Source of the DNA: Microgenomates group bacterium GW2011_GWC1_46_15
GTDB lineage: Bacteria > Patescibacteriota > Microgenomatia > UBA1400 > UBA12028
Reading direction: 5' to 3'
NCBI GenBank assembly: GCA_001002285.1
Contig: LCLX01000002.1
Location: 67,827 to 131,826, forward strand
DNA length: 64,000 bases
A program made the translations under genes and the position numbers. Of the stretch, positions 9,428-17,375 are shown piece after piece. The notes under the pieces are model-generated. The model saw nothing but the letters and a program-made list of their open reading frames with translations. It did no database searches and was not told the DNA's origin. Every line of letters begins with the position of its first letter. Position 1 is the stretch's first letter.

Positions 9428-10501
9428 TTACTGGCCCACAGTCTTTCCTGTTCCCATAAACTTTGCGAGGTCGTCCTGCTTCATCGCGTACTCCTGCGCT
9501 TTTTCAAGTGTAATTTGGCCGGACTGCACAAGTTGTGCGAGGCTTGATTCAAGACTCATCATGCCAAACTCCAAGGAGGTTTGAATGACGTTATCAAGCT
9601 GGAATGCTTTGCCTTCGCGGATCAAGTTACGCACCGCCGATGTCGCGACCAGTATTTCTGTTGCGACAGACCGTCCTCCCTGCAAGTTAGGAAGAAGGCG
9701 CTGAGACACCACGGCTTGCAACGACATAGCAAGCTGGCTGCGGACCTGCGCCTGCTGTGTTGCCGGGAACACGTCAATAATACGGTCAATGGTTTGTGCT
9801 GCAGAGTTTGTGTGGAGCGTGGTAAACACTAAGTGGCCGGTTTCCGCCACCGTAAGCGTTGCCGCGATTGTTTCGTAGTCGCGCATCTCACCCACAAGCA
9901 CGACGTCGGGATCTTCGCGGAGCGCGGACTTGAGCGCAACTTCCCAACTGTGCGTATCCGCGTGGAGTTCGCGCTGAGATACCATGGACTTCGCGGGAGG
10001 ATACACAAACTCGATTGGATCTTCAATGGTTAAAATGTTTTCTGAGCGTGTTTGATTAATTTCATCAATCATCGCGGCCAATGTTGAGGATTTTCCGTGA
10101 CCCGTGGGACCCACGATGAGCACGAGCCCTTGCCGGAGCTTTGTGAGTTCGTGGCAAATGGCCGGTAAGTGTAACTCTTCAATCGTTTTGATTTTTGATG
10201 GAATAAGCCGGAGCGCGGCGGCCAATACGCCTCTTTGGTGGTACACGTTGATGCGGAAGCGACCTTCTTTGCCGTATTGGTACGACAAGTCCACTTCCAT
10301 GTTTACTTTGAGTTGCTCTTTTTGCTCGGGAGCGAGAAGGGGATCAATAAGATTCTGCATTTCCTCATTCGACAACGCGGGAAGCTGCGGAATCGCCATC
10401 AGCACTCCGTGCATGCGCAGCGTGGGCGGCATACTCGCAATCAAGTGCAAGTCCGATGCGCCTTGCTGAACAACATAGCCAAGAAGTGTTTGTATATCCA
10501 T
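9428..10501 (-). CDS. pilT: Twitching-motility retraction ATPase PilT
   Basis: Walker A GPTGHGKSST. 357 aa, the typical PilT size. Confidence 0.85.
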   Translation of the reverse strand: MDIQTLLGYVVQQGASDLHLIASMPPTLRMHGVLMAIPQLPALSNEEMQNLIDPLLAPEQKEQLKVNMEVDLSYQYGKEGRFRINVYHQRGVLAAALRLIPSKIKTIEELHLPAICHELTKLRQGLVLIVGPTGHGKSSTLAAMIDEINQTRSENILTIEDPIEFVYPPAKSMVSQRELHADTHSWEVALKSALREDPDVVLVGEMRDYETIAATLTVAETGHLVFTTLHTNSAAQTIDRIIDVFPATQQAQVRSQLAMSLQAVVSQRLLPNLQGGRSVATEILVATSAVRNLIREGKAFQLDNVIQTSLEFGMMSLESSLAQLVQSGQITLEKAQEYAMKQDDLAKFMGTGKTVGQ

Positions 10502-10535
10502 AATTTTCCTTTACAACGCAGACTTCCGTTACATT

Positions 10536-12566
10536 CTAGACTTGCGCCACACGCAAAACCTCCTCTACCGTCGTAATACCCTCGAGTGCTTTTAAGTATC
10601 CGTCCTGTTTCATTAAAATCATGCCGTCTTGGATCGCTTGTTGTTCAATGTCGCTTGCTGGCTTTCGTTCCAAAATCAGCTTACCAATTTTTTCGTTTAC
10701 GATAAGCACTTCAAAAATACCAACGCGCCCCTGATATCCGCTGTTTCCACATGCCTCGCACCCCTTGCCCTTAAATAACGTAATCACCTCTTTCTTTTTC
10801 TGTGTTTTCCATCCCGTAAACAGCGAACCCAAAACGGTTTCAATATCTTTCACCACTACGGGGTCGGGCGTGTACTCCTCTTTGCAGTTCTCACATACTT
10901 TGCGAAGCACACGCTGAGCCATAACCAACGTCATGGATGACGCAAGCAAAAAGGGCTCCGCTTCCATGTCGAGGAGACGCGGGAGTGCACCAGCGGCTGA
11001 GTTCGTGTGCAGGGTAGAGAACACCAAGTGTCCCGTGAGTGACGCCTGAATCGCCAACTCCGCCGTCTCTTTATCCCGGATTTCACCCACCATGATAATG
11101 TTCGGGTCCTGGCGCAAAAACGACCGCAAGCCCGACGCAAACGTAAGACCGGCCTGTGGGTTGATCTGCACCTGATTAATTCCCGGCATCTGGTACTCGA
11201 CCGGATCTTCCAGCGTCATAATGTTGACTTTTGGCGTGTTGATGTTGTGTAACAGCGAGTACAAGGTTGTTGTTTTTCCAGAACCCGTTGGACCGGTAAT
11301 CAACACAATGCCATGCGGGACAATCGAGGCTGCCTCCAAACCTTTTAACCCTGAGCCACGCAAACCCAATTCTTGCAATGTGGGCACGCCGCCGGTTTTT
11401 TTGAGAAGACGCATCACGATTTTTTCACCGTGCACCGTGGGTAAAGTGGAAATACGCAGATCAACTTCTTCTTTTTCAACACGGAACGTAAACCGGCCAT
11501 CCTGCGGAATGCGCTTTTCATCGATCTTTAGTCCCGAAAGAATTTTAATGCGCGAAACCACCGCATCTTGTACAGTTTTTGGCAGAATGAGCTTTTCGTG
11601 CAAAATACCGTCAATGCGGTACCGCACGCGCGTTTTATCTTCTTGCGGCTCGATATGCACGTCGGACGCACGCGCCTTAATGGCAAACGTTAAAATCGTC
11701 TCCACAATTTTGGCGATTGGCGCTTCGCGGATCACTTCACCCAAGTTTTTGGCGTCAAATGTCTTGACTTTAACCGCGTTGTCCGTTTCTGTTTCCCGCA
11801 TCGCCGCGGTGACTTCCTGCGATAACGTTTGCGCGTACCGCTCCGCGATGGACCGCTCAATATCGGAGGGCGTTGAGTAGTACGCAAGTACACGCAAGCC
11901 GGTTTTTTTCTCAAGAAAATCGATTGCGCTCAGGTCGAGTGGATTCGCAAACGCAACCGAAAGCGTGTTGCTTTGCGTGTTGATCGCAAACGGAATCATG
12001 TGGTATCGACGCGCAAGTTGTTCCTGCACGTACTCCAACGCTTCTGGAAACACCCCCACCTCTGCAAGTGCGACATACGGCACGTTGTAAAACGCCGCCT
12101 TTGCTTTCGTTAATATTTCTTCGGATACTAATTTTTTTTCTTCCAAAATTGTTTCAACCGGACGACCCGTATTGATGTGATCGAGTGAAACAGCATCGTA
12201 TTGATCTTGAGAAATGTCTTTGGCCTGCAAAAGAACATCGAGAACAGACTGTGGGGCAGTTGAGGACTGTGTAAAAATTGAAGGTTGTTTGGAACTCGAA
12301 GGTCGCGCGGAGACCGAAGGCTCTACAGAACTCGGGGACTGCACCGAAGATTGTCCAGAAGTTTTAAGTAAAACAGGGATCGAAGACGACGTGTTTTGTG
12401 ACAATTCTACGGGGACCGCTGGTTCTACAGGCGATGCGGATTCTACGGACAACGTGGGTTCCGCGGACGGCACAACAACCGGAGGTGTTTGTGCACCTAT
12501 TGGTGGGTTTTGTGGGATAGACGAAACCGTCTGTTGCTGTCGGGCAGGCTCCATACTAAGATTCAT
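10536..12566 (-). CDS. pilB: Type IV pilus extension ATPase PilB (GspE family) with a long disordered N-terminal extension
   Basis: Walker A GPTGSGKTT, tetracysteine CENC...CEAC, GspE N-domain. Residues 1-110 are Pro/Ser/Val-rich low complexity. Confidence 0.85.
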   Translation of the reverse strand: MNLSMEPARQQQTVSSIPQNPPIGAQTPPVVVPSAEPTLSVESASPVEPAVPVELSQNTSSSIPVLLKTSGQSSVQSPSSVEPSVSARPSSSKQPSIFTQSSTAPQSVLDVLLQAKDISQDQYDAVSLDHINTGRPVETILEEKKLVSEEILTKAKAAFYNVPYVALAEVGVFPEALEYVQEQLARRYHMIPFAINTQSNTLSVAFANPLDLSAIDFLEKKTGLRVLAYYSTPSDIERSIAERYAQTLSQEVTAAMRETETDNAVKVKTFDAKNLGEVIREAPIAKIVETILTFAIKARASDVHIEPQEDKTRVRYRIDGILHEKLILPKTVQDAVVSRIKILSGLKIDEKRIPQDGRFTFRVEKEEVDLRISTLPTVHGEKIVMRLLKKTGGVPTLQELGLRGSGLKGLEAASIVPHGIVLITGPTGSGKTTTLYSLLHNINTPKVNIMTLEDPVEYQMPGINQVQINPQAGLTFASGLRSFLRQDPNIIMVGEIRDKETAELAIQASLTGHLVFSTLHTNSAAGALPRLLDMEAEPFLLASSMTLVMAQRVLRKVCENCKEEYTPDPVVVKDIETVLGSLFTGWKTQKKKEVITLFKGKGCEACGNSGYQGRVGIFEVLIVNEKIGKLILERKPASDIEQQAIQDGMILMKQDGYLKALEGITTVEEVLRVAQV

Positions 12567-12621
12567 AGTAGCACAAAACCGCGAATGCTTGCCCCGTAAT
12601 TCTCGATATGCAGAACACTAT

Positions 12622-13317
12622 ATGAACGACCAACCGCTTCTTCTCATTCTGCCAACACTGCCCGACACCACTCTTGATGCTGAAACATCAGCCAAAGTTT
12701 TGAGTGAAATTTTTGCGCCATACATTCCTTTCCGCCCACTCGATGCACATCCCGATGTGCTGTGGTATGGAAAAGACGAGCCGCTTGGTATCGCCGGAGT
12801 CCGCCAATCGATTGGTGACATGCAGAAAAAACCATTCCAGGAACATGAAAAATATGCCGTGTTTCTCCATGCCGACTCGCTTAAACATGAGGCTCAAAAT
12901 GCATTGTTGAAAACGTTGGAGGAGCCACCGGCGCATACGCGCATTATTCTTGTCGCGGAACAGGAGTTTAGCTTGCTTCCAACGATCCGGTCACGATGTT
13001 TGATTGTGCGACCCAACATACACGATGGAGTGGGGGAAACTAAAACATCGCCGCATACAGAAACTTCTTTGCCAAAAACTATTTCTGAGTCTATTCACCA
13101 CGCAGAACTGCTAAAGGACCGCGCCGAAGCCGTCATATTTTGCACAACACTTCTGCATAAAGAAAAGGTTGAACTTGAAAAAACCTCGCATTCAAACCGC
13201 GTACGGCGTGTTCAAAAACTAGCTGCTGTTCTGCGCGATCTTAAGCGCAATATCAACGTACGGCTGGCAATGGAATCACTATTCTTCACACTTGCAAAAC
13301 CCGAATATTTCGTTTAG
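12622..13317 (+). CDS. holB: DNA polymerase III delta-prime subunit (clamp-loader AAA+ protein)
   Basis: LLKTLEEPP and SRC motifs. Start placed at the in-frame ATG at 12622; the upstream part of the track ORF is antisense to the pilB low-complexity region. Confidence 0.6.
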   Translation: MNDQPLLLILPTLPDTTLDAETSAKVLSEIFAPYIPFRPLDAHPDVLWYGKDEPLGIAGVRQSIGDMQKKPFQEHEKYAVFLHADSLKHEAQNALLKTLEEPPAHTRIILVAEQEFSLLPTIRSRCLIVRPNIHDGVGETKTSPHTETSLPKTISESIHHAELLKDRAEAVIFCTTLLHKEKVELEKTSHSNRVRRVQKLAAVLRDLKRNINVRLAMESLFFTLAKPEYFV

Positions 13318-13381
13318 AGTGTATCAATCCCGAGGCCAAAACGCCGATTTCTCGGCATTACACGGACTCGTTTACACACGT

Positions 13382-16300
13382 ATGTCATCAAACTCTGTCA
13401 CACAAGCTAAAAAAGATTACTCCGCGAGCGATATCCGTGTACTCGAGGGGCTCGAGCCGGTCCGCAAGCGCCCGGGCATGTACATTGGCTCTACTGACAC
13501 GCACGGCCTTCACCATCTCGTCAAAGAAATTATGGACAACGCGGTGGATGAAGCGATTGCCGGTTTTGCAAAACAAGTGCATGTGTATTTGATGAAAGAC
13601 GGACACATTACGGTGACCGATGATGGCCGTGGTATTCCTGTTGAAAAACATCCGTCCGGCGTTTCCGCGCTTGAGGTTGTGATGACAAAACTGCACGCTG
13701 GCGGCAAGTTTGATGAGAAAGCCTACAAAGCGTCCGGAGGGTTGCACGGCGTTGGCGCGTCAGCGGTAAATGCGTTATCTAAACAGTTGCGTGTCGTTAT
13801 CAAGCGCGTAGGGAAGTACTACTTTCAGGAATATAGCATAGGTATACCAAAAGCATCCGTAAAGGAAATAAGTGAATCAAAAGTAAAAGAACTATTTCCT
13901 TTACAGTCAAAGTACTTCGTAACATATAAAAGTGGTACATTGGTAGACTTCATTCCGGACAATACGATCTTTTCGACAACAAAGTTCGATGCAGAAATAA
14001 TCGAGGACCTTATCCGCGACCGCGCGTATCTCATGGCCGGGTTGTACTTCCGGTTTATGAACGAAGAGTCCGGTACCGAACGGCATTACTACTTCGAAAG
14101 CGGGATTCGATCTTTGGTTGCACATTTAAATAATGCGAAAAAACCCCTTCATTCCGTCATTTATGTTGAAGGAACGTACGAATCGGAAAAATACCCAATC
14201 GGTGTTGAAGTAGCGCTTCAGTACAACGACACATATGCCGAGAACATCCACTGTTACGCCAACGTCATTTACACCCCGGACGGCGGTACACACTTGACCG
14301 GCTTCCGGATGGCGTTGAATAAGTCGCTCAAAGACTACGCGACAAAAAATGGGTTGATTAAAGAGGAAAAAGATAGTTTCACGTCCGAAGACCTTCGCGA
14401 AGGCTTGACCGCGGTTGTGTTTGTAAAAATGTCGACCAATGAAATTCAGTTTGAGTCACAAACCAAGGCAAAGTTGAACAACGCCGAAGCACAGTCCGCG
14501 GTGTATCAAATTGTGAAAGATAAATTAGACATGTATCTTGAGGAACATCCGCGTGAAGCACGGACGCTGCTCGAAAAAGTATTGTTGGCGGCACGGGCAC
14601 GGTTAGCGGCGCGTGCGGCAAAAGACGCGGTTATCCGTAAAGGCGCGTTGGAGGGCTCGACGTTACCGGGTAAGTTGGCAGACTGCCAAGAAAATGATCC
14701 TGCAAAATCAGAAATTTTCATTGTGGAAGGAGATTCCGCCGGCGGATGTTGGGGGGGAGAAACGAAAATTGCATTGACTGATAGCAGAAATTTATCTTTT
14801 ATCGAACTCATAAAAGAGGAACATGACGGAAAAAAGAATTTTTGTTATACCATGCAAAATAATGGACACATTGGAATAACACCAATCATTCATGCCCGAT
14901 TAACAAAGAAAAAAGCAAAAGTGATTAAAATCATTTTAGACAACAATGAAGAATTGATGTGCACACCCGACCATCCTTTTAGACTTGTTGATGGAACATA
15001 TGTTGCCGCTGAAAAGCTTACACCAGAACACAATCTAGCCCCTCTTTATAGAAAACTCTCATCTAAAAACAAAAACAAAAGCGGACTCGATGGGTACGAA
15101 ATGGTTCTGGATCCAAAAGAAAAGCGATGGATGTATACACACGTCTTGTCAGATATATACAATCTCTCAAACGACATATATGGCTGTTCGTCTGGAAAAC
15201 ACAGACACCACGTTGATTTTAATAAACTCAACAATAATCCAACAAACATTCAAAGAGTGTCGTACGATACGCACATGAAAATTCATTATCATCACCTGTC
15301 AAAAACATTACATCGTCCAGATGTGAAAATAAAATCCGCAGAAGCAAAGAGAACAGATGTGTTTAGGTATAAAGCACGTCAAAAAAGCTTAGAAAAAAGA
15401 GAACTTTTTAGTCGCAATGCTAAAAAACAATGGCAGAGTTCGGCATACAAAGAGTTTATGAAACGCGCATACCTTCACTTCTATGAAAATGATACGTATT
15501 ACCGAGAAAAAACTCTTGATCGGCTCAACAATGCACAAAAAGTTTATTGGTCTGTTGAACAAAATCGAGCAAAGCAATCCGAGCGTGTAAAACAGTTTTT
15601 CTTTGAAAACCAAGATCAGAGGAATGAACTTTCCGAGCAGGCAATCGAACAATGGAAAAATCCTGAATTGCGGCAATGGCGCGCAGAAAAAACAAGTCAT
15701 CAATGGACACAAGAGTTCCGAACAAAAAGAAAGCTTGCATATAACAAAGCATATTACATGCATTCCTTGCAATTCTTCAAACGTATTCTTGAAGAAGGTG
15801 GATCGTTGGCCGAGTATGAAGAAAAAAGAGTGTCTGAGCGGCAAACGAATGTATTATCAGTAGATACGTTGATTGATCGTTTTTTTGAGGGTGATACACA
15901 TCGTTTTATTGAAACCGCGCTTCACTACAATCATAAAATAATCCGTATTGAAAAAGTACTTGAAAAAATGGATGTCTATGACCTTGAAGTTCCCGAAACG
16001 CATAACTTTGCGCTTGCGGCTGGTATATTTGTCCACAACAGTGCCAAACAAGGCCGTGACCGTCGTTTCCAGGCTATTTTCCCGCTGCGCGGAAAAATTT
16101 TGAATACCGAACGTGCCCGCCTTGACAAAATTATTGATTTTGAAGAACTCAAAAATCTCATTATTGCGCTAGGAACCGGCATTGGTGACACGTTTGACGA
16201 GAAAAAGCTCCGGTATCACCGCGTCGTTCTCATGAACGATGCCGACGTTGATGGTGAGCATATTACTACCCTCGCGCTTACGTTCTTTTTCCGCCATCTT

Positions 16301-16660
16301 CCTGATGTGGTCAAGAACGGGTATCTGTATATTGCCTTGCCGCCGCTCTTCAAAGTGTGGACCAAAAAAGACACGTCATATGTGTACTCCGAACAGGAGC
16401 GCGATGATATGATTGCCAAGTTCAAAAAAGATGACACACGTGCGGTTGTCAATGTTCAGCGGTACAAAGGTCTTGGAGAAATGAACCCTGAACAGCTCTG
16501 GGAAACTACGATGAATCCCAAAACGCGCATATTAAAAAAAGTTACTGTTGAGGATGTTGAAAAAGCGGATGTGGTGTTTACTACGCTGATGGGGGAGGAT
16601 GTTCCGCCACGCAAAAAGTTTATTCAAAGCAGAGCAAAGTTAGCAAACCTAGATATCTAG
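13382..16660 (+). CDS. gyrB: DNA gyrase subunit B, interrupted by an intein
   Basis: GHKL ATPase motifs (HHLVKEIMDNAVDE, GLHGVGASAVNALS). The TOPRIM motif EGDSAGG is split from SAKQGRDRRFQAI by a 431-aa insertion. Start chosen at MSSNSVTQ. Confidence 0.9.
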   Translation: MSSNSVTQAKKDYSASDIRVLEGLEPVRKRPGMYIGSTDTHGLHHLVKEIMDNAVDEAIAGFAKQVHVYLMKDGHITVTDDGRGIPVEKHPSGVSALEVVMTKLHAGGKFDEKAYKASGGLHGVGASAVNALSKQLRVVIKRVGKYYFQEYSIGIPKASVKEISESKVKELFPLQSKYFVTYKSGTLVDFIPDNTIFSTTKFDAEIIEDLIRDRAYLMAGLYFRFMNEESGTERHYYFESGIRSLVAHLNNAKKPLHSVIYVEGTYESEKYPIGVEVALQYNDTYAENIHCYANVIYTPDGGTHLTGFRMALNKSLKDYATKNGLIKEEKDSFTSEDLREGLTAVVFVKMSTNEIQFESQTKAKLNNAEAQSAVYQIVKDKLDMYLEEHPREARTLLEKVLLAARARLAARAAKDAVIRKGALEGSTLPGKLADCQENDPAKSEIFIVEGDSAGGCWGGETKIALTDSRNLSFIELIKEEHDGKKNFCYTMQNNGHIGITPIIHARLTKKKAKVIKIILDNNEELMCTPDHPFRLVDGTYVAAEKLTPEHNLAPLYRKLSSKNKNKSGLDGYEMVLDPKEKRWMYTHVLSDIYNLSNDIYGCSSGKHRHHVDFNKLNNNPTNIQRVSYDTHMKIHYHHLSKTLHRPDVKIKSAEAKRTDVFRYKARQKSLEKRELFSRNAKKQWQSSAYKEFMKRAYLHFYENDTYYREKTLDRLNNAQKVYWSVEQNRAKQSERVKQFFFENQDQRNELSEQAIEQWKNPELRQWRAEKTSHQWTQEFRTKRKLAYNKAYYMHSLQFFKRILEEGGSLAEYEEKRVSERQTNVLSVDTLIDRFFEGDTHRFIETALHYNHKIIRIEKVLEKMDVYDLEVPETHNFALAAGIFVHNSAKQGRDRRFQAIFPLRGKILNTERARLDKIIDFEELKNLIIALGTGIGDTFDEKKLRYHRVVLMNDADVDGEHITTLALTFFFRHLPDVVKNGYLYIALPPLFKVWTKKDTSYVYSEQERDDMIAKFKKDDTRAVVNVQRYKGLGEMNPEQLWETTMNPKTRILKKVTVEDVEKADVVFTTLMGEDVPPRKKFIQSRAKLANLDI
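14747..16039 (+). mobile_element. GyrB intein (431 aa) with an HNH-type homing endonuclease domain
   Basis: Begins with Cys right after EGDSAGG and ends ..FVHN just before S of SAKQGRD (the canonical C...HN/S splice junctions). Internal GCSSGKHRHHVDFNKLNNNPTNIQRVSYDTHMKIH fits an H-N-H motif. The insertion has markedly lower GC than the flanking gyrB sequence. Confidence 0.75.
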
Positions 16661-16675
16661 GACAAAGGAGGTGTC

Positions 16676-17305
16676 ATGTCGTTCGATCTTAAAAAACTCG
16701 TGTTTTACATCGAGATTCCCGCGGGAAGTTCGGTGAAGTATGAGGTGGACGAAGAAACTGGCATACTTATGGCCGACCGCTTCCTGCATACACAGATGAC
16801 ATATCCCACGAACTACGGATACATCATGGGAACCAAAGGTAAAGATGGCGATCCTGTTGACGTGCTTGTGCTTTCCAGCCAGGGCATTGTTCCAGGCGTT
16901 GGCATCAAGGGTCACATCATCGGTATGTTGGAAATGGAAGACGAAGGGGGTATTGATACAAAAGTGCTCGCTGTGCCAGATAAAAAAGTTGATCCGTTGT
17001 ATGGAACTTGGGAGTCCATTGATGATGTTCCACAACACATCAAAGATCTCATCAAGCATTTCTTCGATCACTACAAAGAGTTGGAGCCGGGAAAGTTTGT
17101 GAAGACGCACGACTTTAAAGGCCGCGCTGCCGCGGAAAAAGAAGTTGAGGAGTCATATGTTGGAGAAGAGGAGTGCGAGTGTTGCTGTGGCGGAGGTGGT
17201 GACGAGTGCTGCGGAGAATGTGGTGACGAGTGCGAGGAATGCAAAGACCACGCTGACCACAAGAGTGGGGAAGTGAAGAAGGAGAAAAAGGGAAAGAAGA
17301 AGTAG
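16676..17305 (+). CDS. ppa: Inorganic pyrophosphatase (family I) with a C-terminal Cys/Glu-rich tail
   Basis: Family I PPase body (..KYEVDEETG...DGDPVDVLVL...). SD AAAGGAGG upstream. Tail EECECCCGGGGDECCGECGDECEECKDHADH then a lysine-rich end. Confidence 0.85.
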   Translation: MSFDLKKLVFYIEIPAGSSVKYEVDEETGILMADRFLHTQMTYPTNYGYIMGTKGKDGDPVDVLVLSSQGIVPGVGIKGHIIGMLEMEDEGGIDTKVLAVPDKKVDPLYGTWESIDDVPQHIKDLIKHFFDHYKELEPGKFVKTHDFKGRAAAEKEVEESYVGEEECECCCGGGGDECCGECGDECEECKDHADHKSGEVKKEKKGKKK

Positions 17306-17375
17306 GAGAAATATGGCAGGACTTATCATAGACACTGAACGAAATAGAAAAGTTGTAACTGTCTAAAACTCTACT

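Noticed and set aside
12214-12621. The 5' part of the long + strand ORF 12214..13317, which would add about 136 aa of Cys/Gly/Asp/Thr-rich sequence to HolB
   Set aside because: It is the antisense image of the Pro/Ser/Val-rich low-complexity N-terminus of pilB. holB more plausibly starts at the in-frame ATG at 12622, in front of the conserved clamp-loader domain.
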